Part shown: positions 39,449 to 50,176 of the stretch, one piece after another
How positions within the stretch are numbered: the stretch's first letter is position 1
Layout: every line of letters begins with the position of its first letter
The notes under the pieces: generated by a model
Database searches by the model: none
What the model was told of the DNA's origin: nothing
What the model saw: only the letters and a program-made list of their open reading frames with translations
NCBI GenBank assembly: GCA_963720265.1
Contig: CAVRET010000002.1
Coordinates: 392,704 to 456,703 of the forward strand
Length of the DNA: 64,000 nt
Reading direction: 5' to 3'
Source of the DNA: an uncultured bacterium
GTDB taxonomy: Bacteria; Patescibacteriota; Saccharimonadia; UBA4664
Translations under genes and position numbers: made by a program

Positions 39449-39940
39449 ATGAAGCTCCGCCGCAAGCCTAAGGAGGCTGCTTTGACGAATGGTCCCGAGC
39501 GACGCCCCTTCCACCCCGAAGCCGGTGCGCTCATTCGCAATCCCGCAGGCCAACTCTTGCTCGTCCGCTACCGCGCCGAGCCGGGCCTATGGAGCGCACC
39601 GCGCATGCGTATCGGATGGGGCCATGAGCCCTAGGATGACGCGGTATTGGCTGCGCTCCTTCATGCCTGCGCGGACGTTGAGGTAATACATGCGCTGCAG
39701 TACGGAGACGACATCCGTCCTGCCAATGGTGTGCATCTGATCGTCTTTTGGTTTGAGTGCATACTCTTGGAGGACGACCATCAACCTACCGCACTCAAGC
39801 GTCCTCGAACAAATTTGGGCCCACCCCGCCCAAGTCCCGCTGCATCCGGCAGTTGTCGGAGCGGCACTAAGCCCAACTTTGTGCGTATGAGGCCGGGGCT
39901 AACCGCCCCGGCCCCTCACAATTTAGCGACCACTTTCTAG
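39449..39940 (+). pseudogene. Degenerate NUDIX-like gene with in-frame TAG at 39632-39634
   Basis: GALIRNPAGQLLLV..LWSAP then same-frame continuation HLIVFWFEC; Nudix box eroded. Confidence 0.55.
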
Positions 39941-40011
39941 CACTCTTGACGTACGAGTGCCAGCTTCCTACAATTGAAACAGTTCCAGCACCCGCATCGT
40001 AGGAGTGCTAA
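39937..40011 (+). promoter_or_regulatory. Tandem CIRCE operators and sigma70 promoter of dnaK
   Basis: CTAGCACTC-N9-GAGTGCCAG (39937-39963); CCAGCACCC-N9-GAGTGCTAA (39985-40011); TTGACG-17-TACAAT. Confidence 0.88.
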
Positions 40012-40040
40012 AATAACGTTTGAAATGGGAGATCCACAAG

Positions 40041-41957
40041 TTGGGTAAAATTATTGGAATCGATCTGGGCACTACCAACTCGGCCATGGCCGTTATGGAA
40101 GGCGGGCAGCCCACTATTATCGCTAACGCCGAGGGCGGCCGCACCACACCAAGCATGGTGGCGGTGAGCAAAAACGGCGAGCGCCTCGTGGGCCAAGTTG
40201 CCAAGCGCCAGTCCGTTATTAACCCGGACAACACTATCTTTAGTGTCAAGCGCCTCATCGGCCGCAGTTTCGACGATCCGGAAGTACAGCGTGACCTCAA
40301 GCTGCTGCCCTACAAAGTGGTGAAGGCAAACGGCGGCGTTAAGGTCAAAATGGGCGACAAAGACTACACGCCGGAAGAAATCTCGGCCATGATCCTAGCC
40401 AAGCTCAAAGCCGACGCCGAAAAATTCCTCGGCGGCCCGGTTACCGAAGCCGTCATCACTGTGCCGGCCTATTTCAACGACTCGCAGCGCCAAGCCACCA
40501 AAGATGCCGGTAAGATTGCCGGCCTCGAGGTCAAGCGCATTATTAACGAACCCACCGCCGCCGCTCTCGCCTACGGCCTGGACAAGAAAAACGAAGAAAA
40601 GATCGTGGTCTACGACCTCGGCGGCGGCACCTTTGACGTCTCCGTTCTCGAGCTCGGCGACGGCGTGTTTGAGGTCCGCTCCACCAATGGCGACACTCAC
40701 CTCGGCGGCGATGACTTTGACCAGGTCATCATGAGCCACCTGGTTGATGAGTTTAAGCGCGAGCAGGGTATTGACCTAAGCGTTGACAAAGCGGCTATCC
40801 AACGCCTTAAAGAAGCCGCTGAGAAAGCTAAAATCGAGCTCTCCACCACGACCGAGTCGGAAATTAACCTCCCATTCATTACCGCCGATGCGTCAGGCCC
40901 CAAGCACTTCACCTACACCCTCTCCCGGGCCAAGCTCGAATCGCTCGTGTCAGACCTTATCACGAAGACCGCCGGCCCCTGCCAGGCGGCTCTCAAAGAT
41001 GCCGGCCTGTCCAAAGACGAAATCAACGCCGTCGTGCTCGTGGGCGGCATGACCCGCATGCCGGCCGTCCAGGCCAAGGTCGAAGAGCTGTTCGGCAAAA
41101 AGCCGCTCCAAGGTGTCAATCCGGATGAAGTCGTAGCCGTGGGCGCCGCAGTGCAGGGCGGCGTCCTGGCCGGCGACGTTAAGGACGTACTGTTGCTCGA
41201 CGTCACCCCGCTCAGCTTAAGTATCGAAACCATGGGCGGCGTGGCTACCAAGATGATCGAGCGTAACACCACCATCCCCACCAGCAAATCCCAAGTCTTC
41301 TCCACCGCCGCCGACGGCCAGACCCAGGTCGAGATCAACGTTCTCCAGGGTGAGCGCGAGTTTGCACAGGATAATAAGTCGCTCGGCCGCTTCATCCTCG
41401 ACGGCATCGCTCCGTCCCCGCGCGGCATCCCGCAGGTTGAGGTCACCTTCAACATCGACGCCAACGGCATTGTAAACGTCAAAGCCGCGGACAAAGGCAC
41501 GGGCAAGGAGCAGCACATCACCATTCAAAACTCCGGCAACCTGTCCGAAGACGAGGTGAAACGCATGCAGCAAGAGGCAGAACAAAACGCCGAAGCCGAC
41601 TCCAAGCGCAAAATCTTGGTCGACGCCCGTAATCGCCTCGATTCCACCGTTTACACGGCCGAAAAAACCCTCAAAGACGCCGGCGACAAAGCTTCATCCG
41701 AAGACAAATCAGCGCTTGAGGAGGCCATAAAAGCCGCCAAGGCCCAACTCGAATCCGACGATAAAGACCTGCTCGAGCAGGAGGCTGACAAGCTCAGCGA
41801 AGCTATGCAAAAAGTCGGCGCCGCCATGTACCAAGAATCCAGCGCGCCCGGCGGCGAGCAAGCCGCCCCCGAAGTCGAGTCCACCGAGGACGAAGGCCAA
41901 ACCGGCGACTCCGGTCCGGTTGAAGGCGAGGTGGTTGACGAAGGCGGAGACAACTAA
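40041..41957 (+). CDS. dnaK: Chaperone DnaK
   Basis: [27 protein letters not shown]; TTG start after GGGAG. Confidence 0.98.
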   Translation: MGKIIGIDLGTTNSAMAVMEGGQPTIIANAEGGRTTPSMVAVSKNGERLVGQVAKRQSVINPDNTIFSVKRLIGRSFDDPEVQRDLKLLPYKVVKANGGVKVKMGDKDYTPEEISAMILAKLKADAEKFLGGPVTEAVITVPAYFNDSQRQATKDAGKIAGLEVKRIINEPTAAALAYGLDKKNEEKIVVYDLGGGTFDVSVLELGDGVFEVRSTNGDTHLGGDDFDQVIMSHLVDEFKREQGIDLSVDKAAIQRLKEAAEKAKIELSTTTESEINLPFITADASGPKHFTYTLSRAKLESLVSDLITKTAGPCQAALKDAGLSKDEINAVVLVGGMTRMPAVQAKVEELFGKKPLQGVNPDEVVAVGAAVQGGVLAGDVKDVLLLDVTPLSLSIETMGGVATKMIERNTTIPTSKSQVFSTAADGQTQVEINVLQGEREFAQDNKSLGRFILDGIAPSPRGIPQVEVTFNIDANGIVNVKAADKGTGKEQHITIQNSGNLSEDEVKRMQQEAEQNAEADSKRKILVDARNRLDSTVYTAEKTLKDAGDKASSEDKSALEEAIKAAKAQLESDDKDLLEQEADKLSEAMQKVGAAMYQESSAPGGEQAAPEVESTEDEGQTGDSGPVEGEVVDEGGDN

Positions 41958-42220
41958 TGCAAGAGAACACCGACACCGCCCAGCTCGAATTACTCGCCAA
42001 GATTCACAACCAACTCGTTGACCTTAAAAAGATTCTCGTCGAAATCGAATCCGTCCGGCCAGGCACACCACATGAGCTCCAAGCCCGCCTCCGTCAAATC
42101 GTTGCCGCCGACAAGCACATCGACGCAGCTTCCGGCGCCGCACCTGCCCGCCAGCACCAAACCATCGCACCCACCAACACCAACATCACGCCCGGTGAAG
42201 GCAAGGACAGCGAACGGTAA
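41957..42220 (+). CDS. Hypothetical protein
   Basis: TAATG coupling to dnaK. Confidence 0.6.
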   Translation: MQENTDTAQLELLAKIHNQLVDLKKILVEIESVRPGTPHELQARLRQIVAADKHIDAASGAAPARQHQTIAPTNTNITPGEGKDSER

Positions 42221-42223
42221 ACA

Positions 42224-43114
42224 GTGACCCATACGTCGCTTCAACTCCGCCGCCTCAAACCCACCGATCCAGATCTGGCCGTCATTGCTAATGAGCTCAA
42301 CGAAGCCGATTCCGAAATCTCGGTCAAAAACTTTAGCCCGGAGTCACTCCGCGTCTTTCTCTCAGATCCCGCACGCTTCTACCTTATCGGGCAGATCGAC
42401 AGCCACATAGCCGGCGCGGTCCACGGCTACCTGCTCGTCCATCCCACCGGCATCAAGTACCTCTACATAGACGAGGTCGATACAGTCGCTCAGTTCCGTC
42501 GCCAAGGCGTGGCCACTGCCCTCTTAAAGGAAACGTTCAATTACGCCCGCATCCTCGGCGCATCCGAAGTCTGGGTTGGTACCGAAGCCGACAACGAACC
42601 AGCTAAAAAGCTTTACCTCGGCCTCAAACCAGCTGAGGTCGTCAACGGCCCCATCTATACCTACAAAATCAGTGACCCCCAGCACGCCGTCAAGTACGTC
42701 CCCTATGCCATCCCAATTTCCTGCAAAGGTATCGTACTTGAAGATAACAAGGTCTGGTTGCGGCACAACGAGCGCGGCGAATGGGAGCTGCCGGGTGGCA
42801 AACTCGACCCCGGAGAGCAACCGGAGGAGACGGTTGAACGGGAAATGCACGAAGAGCTGGGCGTAAAAGTTCGTGTCGACCGCGTCGTCAGCAACTACCT
42901 GTACACCATTCAGGCCAGTATCGATGAAACGCGCGGTGTGCTCGTTGCCTGTTATGCTTGCCAGTTCATTGAGCGGGTTGGGGATGTTGAGCATATCGGC
43001 GAAGCCGGCCGAGCCACATTCAAGCAATTTGCACTCACTGAAATCAAAGGCCTTAAAATGCCGGAGTTCTACAAACAAGCCATTAATATAGCAAGTCATG
43101 AGTACACCAAATAA
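42224..43114 (+). CDS. GNAT acetyltransferase-NUDIX hydrolase fusion
   Basis: FRRQGVATALL..NEPAKKLY (GNAT); WELPGGKLDPGEQPEETVEREMHEELG (Nudix). Confidence 0.88.
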   Translation: MTHTSLQLRRLKPTDPDLAVIANELNEADSEISVKNFSPESLRVFLSDPARFYLIGQIDSHIAGAVHGYLLVHPTGIKYLYIDEVDTVAQFRRQGVATALLKETFNYARILGASEVWVGTEADNEPAKKLYLGLKPAEVVNGPIYTYKISDPQHAVKYVPYAIPISCKGIVLEDNKVWLRHNERGEWELPGGKLDPGEQPEETVEREMHEELGVKVRVDRVVSNYLYTIQASIDETRGVLVACYACQFIERVGDVEHIGEAGRATFKQFALTEIKGLKMPEFYKQAINIASHEYTK

Positions 43115-43703
43115 CCAACTAAAATCCGATCTCCTGGCCGCTCTCGACCAGGCTGCACCGCCGCGCGGCATGACCACGAAAATCATCGCCATTGACGGCG
43201 GCGGGGGAGCGGGCAAAACCACCTTTGCGGAAACGCTATCCGGGTGGCTGAGCGGCGCGCCCATCGTTATCACCGACGATTTCGCCTCCTGGGGCAACCC
43301 GCTCGACTGGTGGCCGCGCCTGCTCGAGCAAGTGCTTGAGCCGCTGGGCAAAAACGAACCCGCCCATTATCAGCGTTACGATTGGGGCAAACTCGAGCTC
43401 GCCGAGTGGCACGACCTGGCGCCCGGCGGCACGGTTATTCTCGAAGGCGTCTCATCATTGCGCCAGGAATTCCGGCCCTACCTTGCTTATCGCATCTGGA
43501 TCGAAGCCCCGGCCAGCCTCCGTCTCGAGCGCGGCGTCGCCCGCGACCGCGGCATCGAAGGTGAAGATAATCGCGAACGCTGGGTGAAATGGCAGGCCGC
43601 CGAAGAAGAACATTTTGCGCAAGATCAACCGCAAGCGGCCGCCGCCCTCATCATTGAAGCCGATACTCATTATCACTTTACCGCCAACCGAGGCCAAAAA
43701 TGA
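43098..43703 (+). CDS. Uridine kinase-like P-loop kinase
   Basis: IAIDGGGGAGKTT, TDDF, ILEGV, RGVARD. Confidence 0.85.
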   Translation: MSTPNNQLKSDLLAALDQAAPPRGMTTKIIAIDGGGGAGKTTFAETLSGWLSGAPIVITDDFASWGNPLDWWPRLLEQVLEPLGKNEPAHYQRYDWGKLELAEWHDLAPGGTVILEGVSSLRQEFRPYLAYRIWIEAPASLRLERGVARDRGIEGEDNRERWVKWQAAEEEHFAQDQPQAAAALIIEADTHYHFTANRGQK

Positions 43704-43806
43704 CCACATTCATCACATTGACAACCCGCCGTCTGGCGGCTAATCTTAACCCAAGCCACCCCGCTTGGAGTCCAGCCTCGCGGGGCTTTTGTATAGGAGG
43801 GTCCGT

Positions 43807-44451
43807 ATGATTGTCTACGTTGACGGCGAAAACGTCGTTCACCAAATAATGGATGCGCTCAAGCGCACCGGCCGCGAAAGCTTGCGCGAAGAGCTTCTAA
43901 CCGTTGATATGGCCGGGCTCATTCGCCACCTCGTGCGCAAAAAAGACCTGACCATCAAGTACTACGCCACCACCCTGCAGGTCGTGAAAACCGACGCCGA
44001 GGTCGAGCAGCGCAGCCGCGATATGATCGCCTGGACCGCACGCTGGGTTAACCATTTAACCAACCAAGGTATCGAAGTTATCAAGGCTGGCAAATTGATG
44101 GCTAGAGAGGGGATTGTGTGTAAAAACTGCGGCTATCAACAAACCGTTTTTCGCGAAAAAGGCGTCGACGTGCGCCTGGCCGTCGATCTGGTGGTCGACG
44201 CCGAAGACGAAAAACTGCTCGTTGTCTGGAGCTCAGACGCCGACCTGCTCCCTGCCGTCCAAGTCGCCAAAGACCGCGGTGCCCGCGTTAAGAACCTGGC
44301 TCACAAAGACGCCCTCAACTGGGCTCTCGCCCGCCAGTGCGGTGAGTGGCAGACCTTCACCGATGCCGAATTAATTAAACTCGTGAGCAAGGCCGAGCCT
44401 CCGCTTGACGTAATCCAGGAAGAAAAAGCCAACCATGGCGACCAAACGTGA
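43807..44451 (+). CDS. NYN/LabA-like PIN domain protein
   Basis: [23 protein letters not shown]; CxxC insert. Confidence 0.88.
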   Translation: MIVYVDGENVVHQIMDALKRTGRESLREELLTVDMAGLIRHLVRKKDLTIKYYATTLQVVKTDAEVEQRSRDMIAWTARWVNHLTNQGIEVIKAGKLMAREGIVCKNCGYQQTVFREKGVDVRLAVDLVVDAEDEKLLVVWSSDADLLPAVQVAKDRGARVKNLAHKDALNWALARQCGEWQTFTDAELIKLVSKAEPPLDVIQEEKANHGDQT

Positions 44452-45556
44452 TTATTATGAAATTTTGGGCGTGAGCAAATCGGCCTCAGCCGATGAAATT
44501 AAGCGCGCCTATCGCAAGCTCGCGCTCGAGCACCACCCCGACCGCCACGGCGGTGACGACTCAAAATTCAAGGAAGTCGGTGAGGCTTACGAGGTCTTAA
44601 AAGACCAGCAAAAGCGCACCGCCTATGATCAATTCGGGCACGCCGGTGCACAGGGCAATCCATTTGGCGGCGGGCAAGGTGCCGGCGGGGCAGCCGGCTT
44701 TGGCGGTTTTGATTTTAACAATGCCCAGAGCTTTGATTTTGGCGATATTCTGCGTGACTTCATGGGCGGCGGCATGGGCCAGCAGCGCCCCAGCGGCCCG
44801 CCCACCGGCCGCGACCTCGAAACCCACGTTACCATCAATTTTCAAGAAGCGGTCTTTGGAACGGAAAAATCCATCACCATCACCCTCGACGACACCTGTG
44901 AGCACTGCCACGGCTCAGGCGCCGAACCCGGCACCAAGAAGAAAACTTGCCCCACCTGCCAAGGCCGCGGCCAAGTTACGCGCACACAACAAACCATCCT
45001 CGGCGCGATTCAACACACCGCCACCTGCCCGACCTGCCACGGCTCTGGCCAGGTTCCCGAAACCGAGTGCAAGGTCTGCCACGGCTCCGGAGTGCAGCGC
45101 CGCCAGCGCACGCTAACCGTCAAAATCCCGGCCGGCGTCGACGACCACGCCACCATCCGCCTCTCGGGCCAAGGCGCTGCGCCCAAAGGAGGCGGCGCCA
45201 AGGGCGACTTGTTCGTGCAGATTCGCGTTCGCTCCGACTCGCGCTTTGTCCGCCGCGGCCGGGAGATTCTCTCCGAAGCTACCATTCCTATGGTTGCGGC
45301 CGCGCTCGGCACCGAAATCCCGGTCGAGACTGTCGACGGCCCGCTCACGCTCAAAATCCCGGCCGGCACCCAATCCGGACGCACCTTCAAGCTATCCGGC
45401 CACGGTGTTCCCGGCCTCGGCCGCAGCACTGCCCGTGGCGATCACCTCGTCACTGTCACCGTCGAAATCCCCACCAAGCTCTCCGCCAAGCAGCGCGAGC
45501 TCCTCGAGCAATTCGCCAATGAATCCGCCGGCAAAAAAGGCTTCTTTCACCGCTAA
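44435..45556 (+). CDS. dnaJ: Chaperone DnaJ
   Basis: J domain HPD, G/F region, four CxxCxGxG repeats. Confidence 0.98.
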   Translation: MATKRDYYEILGVSKSASADEIKRAYRKLALEHHPDRHGGDDSKFKEVGEAYEVLKDQQKRTAYDQFGHAGAQGNPFGGGQGAGGAAGFGGFDFNNAQSFDFGDILRDFMGGGMGQQRPSGPPTGRDLETHVTINFQEAVFGTEKSITITLDDTCEHCHGSGAEPGTKKKTCPTCQGRGQVTRTQQTILGAIQHTATCPTCHGSGQVPETECKVCHGSGVQRRQRTLTVKIPAGVDDHATIRLSGQGAAPKGGGAKGDLFVQIRVRSDSRFVRRGREILSEATIPMVAAALGTEIPVETVDGPLTLKIPAGTQSGRTFKLSGHGVPGLGRSTARGDHLVTVTVEIPTKLSAKQRELLEQFANESAGKKGFFHR

Positions 45557-45571
45557 CTGGAAAGCTTGCGC

Positions 45572-45871
45572 ATGAACCCACCTCTGCCAGACAATCCCAC
45601 CCCGTCCAATCCTGTCGGGCTGGCCAAACGTCAGCTGCGCTTCATGGTCATCTCCACCGGCCTCCTCGCCGTGCCGCAGCTCGACCGAATCTGGCATTCC
45701 ACGGTAATCTTTGAGTTTATCGGCCTCTTCTCAGTCCCCACCGGCCTTATTCTCACGGCTGCCATCACCTGGAGTGTTCGCCGCCGCTGGCAAGACCATG
45801 GCCTGCTCATTGCCGTCGCCGCACTCAACCTCATCCTTGTCCTCGCTCTGGTTCCGCTTATGCTACGATAA
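45572..45871 (+). CDS. Small membrane protein
   Basis: Hydrophobic helices. Confidence 0.5.
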   Translation: MNPPLPDNPTPSNPVGLAKRQLRFMVISTGLLAVPQLDRIWHSTVIFEFIGLFSVPTGLILTAAITWSVRRRWQDHGLLIAVAALNLILVLALVPLMLR

Positions 45872-45875
45872 AACC

Positions 45876-46121
45876 GTGAAAGCCATCCGGACCGTAAGCC
45901 ACATCGTAAGCCTGGTAGCGCCTTGCGTGGTGTTCGGCGCGCTCCTATTCTTCACCTATTACTCACTCGTTATCTACAAGTCAACTGGGCACGTCGCCTG
46001 CTATTCATCGCCCATTGCCCGCCAAACCGATGTCGCCGTGCACGTGGTACGCCAATGGTTTGGCCGCGAAAGCAATCTCTACCAACCCTGCCCATCAGGA
46101 AACCAAGGAGCCGCCGGATGA
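45876..46121 (+). CDS. Small membrane-anchored protein
   Basis: GTG 6 nt after TACGAT; TM helix; ATGA overlap with the next gene. Confidence 0.5.
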   Translation: MKAIRTVSHIVSLVAPCVVFGALLFFTYYSLVIYKSTGHVACYSSPIARQTDVAVHVVRQWFGRESNLYQPCPSGNQGAAG

Positions 46122-47305
46122 AAATCGAGCGCATCGAGCTCGGCTACTGGTACCCGCTCACCACCCTGCATCTGGCTGAAATCCAAGACTTTTTTGCCGC
46201 CCATCGCACGCCGCCGCATTTGAATGCCGCCAAACTCACGGCCCTGCGTTCCAAGCTCGGCATTAAAAGTTCCGAACTCAAGCTTGGCGAACTCGAATAT
46301 ATCGACATGGTGGCCACCTCAGACATTCGCGTACGCGTATTCGAAGATGGGCTCGTCACGGTCTCCGACGACCACACTATGCTGCGCCGCGATATCCAGG
46401 AGCTCACTAACTACTTCGACCGCTCCTACCAGCCGGCCATGAGCTACCTCTTTAGTGTCGGGGCGCCGCAGCCCAAAGAGCTTGCGGGCATGAACTATGA
46501 ATCGCCGGTCTTTGTTGTAACCCGCGGCGCCTCCCGCGCGCAGGCCGTCGCCATTCTAAAAGAGCTCGACCAAACCCTCGAATTCGAGCTCGACACCAAA
46601 GACATGGAGCTCTACCGCGGCGGCGAATTCTTCGTCGTCAACGCCAAACCCCACTTCACCGGCACCGAAGAGCTCATCGAAACCTGGATCTATTTCAAAG
46701 AGTTCAAAAGCCAGCTCCACCATTACATGAATCTCCACCGTTCGATTTGGGAACGCATCGAAGCCATTAAAGAAGAGCGCTACATCTCGGGCTGGCAAGT
46801 CAAAACCCAGCGCACCAGGCTCGAGTCCTACAAGAAAACCATTGAGCTCATCGAGGCCCGCATCAGCCAGATGGATCTCTATATTAGCTCTCGCAACCAT
46901 GTCGCAACCTCACGCGGTTGGGATTCCTACCTCTCCGACGTGCTACAGTTCCGCTATACCAACCTCGAACACAGTCACGATTACGTCAAATCGCTCTGGA
47001 CTATGACCCGCCAATACGTCGACTCGGCCATCCAGCTCATGTCCGAGATCAACGCGCAGAGCACCAAAACCTCTGTCCAGACTCTTACCGTTATCTCCAG
47101 CATTGGCGTCATCTCCAATGTCATCACGTATCTTAGCCTCACCAAGCTGCCCAAATTCAGCCACGTCGGCATCCGGTATTTCCTTATCCTGCTGACCGCC
47201 GCGTTGCTCGTGAATGCCGCAGTTGCCGTTATCTACCGCACCATGCGCTACCGCATTAACGCCACCGAGCTGGCCAAAGACCTGCACAAATTCCGCCGCA
47301 AATAG
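46118..47305 (+). CDS. CorA-like architecture hypothetical membrane protein
   Basis: Soluble domain, long helix, two C-terminal TM helices; SD AAGGAG. Confidence 0.65.
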   Translation: MKIERIELGYWYPLTTLHLAEIQDFFAAHRTPPHLNAAKLTALRSKLGIKSSELKLGELEYIDMVATSDIRVRVFEDGLVTVSDDHTMLRRDIQELTNYFDRSYQPAMSYLFSVGAPQPKELAGMNYESPVFVVTRGASRAQAVAILKELDQTLEFELDTKDMELYRGGEFFVVNAKPHFTGTEELIETWIYFKEFKSQLHHYMNLHRSIWERIEAIKEERYISGWQVKTQRTRLESYKKTIELIEARISQMDLYISSRNHVATSRGWDSYLSDVLQFRYTNLEHSHDYVKSLWTMTRQYVDSAIQLMSEINAQSTKTSVQTLTVISSIGVISNVITYLSLTKLPKFSHVGIRYFLILLTAALLVNAAVAVIYRTMRYRINATELAKDLHKFRRK

Positions 47306-47366
47306 CTCTCGTCCGGGAGTGGTATACTGTAGCCAACCATAAGCGCATACGAAAAACCCCAAAACT

Positions 47367-47876
47367 ATGGTCCTCGCCACCATGCCCACACCCCAAATGC
47401 CCGCACTGAACACTACCACGGTGATCATCGCCATTCTGGTAGTCGCGGCGGTTTATGGCTTGGTGGCCGGTAAACAACGTCTGCGCATCCTCATTTTAAG
47501 CATCTATGTTGGCATCGTACTGGCTGAGCAATTTGCCAGTCCGCTCGCACCATCCCTGCGTATGATCGGAACTGATCAAATCAGCTGGCTGCTCTTAGGT
47601 CTGCCCATTTTGCTCTTTGGCTTCTTCGGCGTCACTCATGCAAAGCACCATCCCAAGGGCTCAGCTATCGCCAACCTGATCGTGGGCTTGCTCGCCGGCT
47701 GCCTCATCGTCTCCAGCGCCATCCGCTTGCTGCCGATAAGCGAAATGGCTGGGGTAAAAAACAGCTCATTCCTGGCTCTCAATCTTGAGCAGTTTCACCT
47801 CTTCTTCCTCGGCGGGCTGCCGCTTGTGGTACTCCTCCTCGGCTGGTTCATGAAAGGCGAGCACAAAAAAGATTAA
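47367..47876 (+). CDS. CvpA-like membrane protein
   Basis: 4-5 TM helices; AVYGLVAG..LSIYVGIVLA pattern. Confidence 0.6.
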   Translation: MVLATMPTPQMPALNTTTVIIAILVVAAVYGLVAGKQRLRILILSIYVGIVLAEQFASPLAPSLRMIGTDQISWLLLGLPILLFGFFGVTHAKHHPKGSAIANLIVGLLAGCLIVSSAIRLLPISEMAGVKNSSFLALNLEQFHLFFLGGLPLVVLLLGWFMKGEHKKD

Positions 47877-47952
47877 TTGATTTTAGCCCGGTATAACGCC
47901 TATAATTCCACCTCGGGCGCAGGCTGCACAGATACCCCTAGGAGGTACCGGC

Positions 47953-48447
47953 ATGCCGGAAGAAGCATCATTGAAGGAAACGGCCCGAACCGCCATCAAG
48001 GCGCTCGTGGCAGCGCTGAGCGATCGCCAGGACGGTGTCATTGCGGAAGTCACTGTGATCCAGGCCGTCGACCCGCTCCTCATGCCCGACGAGCAGTTCA
48101 TGTGGTTCGACGACAACACCGGCGACAGAGCCATGACGAATCGCGCGGAAGTCGCCACATTCCTGGGCCAGTGGCTCGCGGCCTTCCCGGATCTGCAAGC
48201 CGAGTGGACTGCCCCAGAGGCTGCCCAAATCACCGACGACGGCTACTTCGAATGCGAGCTCGCGTTCACCGGCACGCATCAAGGCCCCTTCGCGCTCGGC
48301 GGCTCTGAGCTCATGCCTGCCGGAGCCAAACTGAGTTTTTCTGCTGTACTCGCCGGGCAAGTCCAAGCCGACGGCCGGTTCGACTACATCGAGACCGGGT
48401 TCAACTACGGCGACGTCAGAAGCGTAATCGAAGCCGCCGCTAAGTAG
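47953..48447 (+). CDS. SnoaL-like/ester cyclase family protein
   Basis: WLAAFPDL..FTGTHQGPF; SD AGGAGG; hairpin 48479-48519. Confidence 0.75.
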   Translation: MPEEASLKETARTAIKALVAALSDRQDGVIAEVTVIQAVDPLLMPDEQFMWFDDNTGDRAMTNRAEVATFLGQWLAAFPDLQAEWTAPEAAQITDDGYFECELAFTGTHQGPFALGGSELMPAGAKLSFSAVLAGQVQADGRFDYIETGFNYGDVRSVIEAAAK

Positions 48448-48590
48448 GCACGTTCAACCCCGCAACCTGCGCCCAACCCTGGTACGCCGGCCGTTCATCA
48501 TGAGCCGCCGGCGTACCAGCAGCGTTGCCAGAACGGTCGATTTAGGTTAAAATTAGGTGGTTATCATTCTGCCCGCAGTCCACATCACGC

Positions 48591-48667
48591 GGGCCCATAG
48601 CTCAGTTGGTTAGAGCAGCTGCCTTTTAAGCAGCGTGTCGTGGGTTCGAGTCCCACTGGGCCCTCCA
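48591..48667 (+). tRNA. tRNA-Lys(UUU)
   Basis: GGGCCCA/TGGGCCC acceptor, GCTGC-CTTTTAA-GCAGC anticodon arm, GGTTCGAGTCC, CCA. Confidence 0.96.
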
Positions 48668-48742
48668 GGAATTATTCTTCATAAACCAACTTGCGCCACC
48701 GACCTGCGTCGAGGGCAAGTCAGTGGCGCGAAAGTGAGGCAA

Positions 48743-49210
48743 TCAGGCTTCCTGAAGATATCCCCCCCAGAACTGGCTGACCTGATACTCCTCGATCGCT
48801 ACCAGCATCCGGACTCGGCCTTCCGGCCAGATCCTGAAATTTGCCCCGCCGATTGTGGCATCGACCAGCCGGCCGAGCATTGCCACGTGCAAGTACGCGA
48901 TCCCCTCGCCCTCTTGCGTCAGCAGGAGCCCCAGCAGTTCATTCATCTGCTCGATAGTGGCCTGGGCCACAACGGTGTCGATGCCCGGGAAATACATCTG
49001 CGCGCCGGCGCAATCCCTGCACAGCCGAGGCACCGGTGCTGCTGCTCCCTCCCGTAGGCCCTGGGGCCTAAGGCACAGCCCGCAGCAGTGGTTCTGGGTG
49101 GGGTGATCTAGGTCCACGTCGGCCATGTGGACCAGCTCGCCGGCTCGAAGCCGTGCCATCCTGTGCAGCTCTCGCAAGGCCATGTCAGCGGTCACGGGTC
49201 CATCTGTCAT
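48743..49210 (-). CDS. Hypothetical protein with CxxC pairs (ORFan)
   Basis: CCGLC..CRDC; SD AGAGG. Confidence 0.6.
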   Translation of the reverse strand: MTDGPVTADMALRELHRMARLRAGELVHMADVDLDHPTQNHCCGLCLRPQGLREGAAAPVPRLCRDCAGAQMYFPGIDTVVAQATIEQMNELLGLLLTQEGEGIAYLHVAMLGRLVDATIGGANFRIWPEGRVRMLVAIEEYQVSQFWGGYLQEA

Positions 49211-49316
49211 CTAGACCTCTTTTCGGCTCGGGTGCGACTATTATAGCCTACTGCAATAAGGTAACTTCCATGCAACGCGTAAGCGTAAGCACATTGATTA
49301 GGCTATACTGCTTGGT

Positions 49317-50153
49317 ATGGGAGACCCCAGCAACGTAATGCTCGTCATTGCCGTCGGTTCAACCCTGGCGGCCGTGCTACTCTACGGTGTTGGCGCGGTC
49401 TATCAGCAAATCGGCGCCAAGCAGGTGCCGGAGCAAACCGAATTCAACGTCCTCATCATGGCGCAACTGCTACGTCAGCCATACTATGCCGTTGGCATTA
49501 TTTGCGGGCTCGTTGGTTGGGCGTTGTCGCTGATCGCGCTTCGCTCACTGCCGCTGTTTCTCGTACAATCGGCTCTAGCGGCCAGCGTGGCCGTGACAGC
49601 TGTGTACGCCGGCTATCACTATCACGTCAAGCTGCCGGTTTCCGACCGCCTGGCAATCGGCGGGTTGGTGGTGGGTATTGCCGCGCTCACCGCCGCCGCC
49701 TTACCCGGCCCGGCCCGGCCCACTGACCCCAATTTTATTACCGGTCTCACCCTGGCACCGATCGCCATCGGCCTGGCTGCCAGCGTCGTTTTGGGCAGTC
49801 TCAAAAAGCACCAGGGCCCCCGGGCCCTGGCTGCCATCGCCGGTATTTGCTTTAGCGGCGCTGCCCTCGGTGCCCGCGCCATCACCCTGCCAAGCCACCT
49901 GGCTCTCCTGGCCGCAAGTCCGCTGGCCTGGGCAGTACTGGCCTATACGGTGGTCGGCGCCATCACCTTCGCTGGTTCACTGCAGCGCGGTTCAGCCGCC
50001 AACACCGCGGCCGTATCGCATGCCGGGGAAATCTCCATCCCTACCATTTTAGGCATAACTTTCTTGGGCGAAGGCGTGCGGCCTGGATTCTGGCCTGCCA
50101 TTGTTATCGGCTGCCTTGTGATCATAATGTCGGTGCGCCAGCTCTCAGCTTGA
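49317..50153 (+). CDS. DMT superfamily membrane protein
   Basis: About 9 TM helices; ALRSLPLFLVQS; FLGE motif. Confidence 0.8.
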   Translation: MGDPSNVMLVIAVGSTLAAVLLYGVGAVYQQIGAKQVPEQTEFNVLIMAQLLRQPYYAVGIICGLVGWALSLIALRSLPLFLVQSALAASVAVTAVYAGYHYHVKLPVSDRLAIGGLVVGIAALTAAALPGPARPTDPNFITGLTLAPIAIGLAASVVLGSLKKHQGPRALAAIAGICFSGAALGARAITLPSHLALLAASPLAWAVLAYTVVGAITFAGSLQRGSAANTAAVSHAGEISIPTILGITFLGEGVRPGFWPAIVIGCLVIIMSVRQLSA

Positions 50154-50176
50154 CTTAAGCAATAACTCGGCGTACC

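Noticed and set aside
48591-49260. tRNA-Lys as a second integration site
   Set aside because: No integrase and no duplicated tRNA 3' end found downstream
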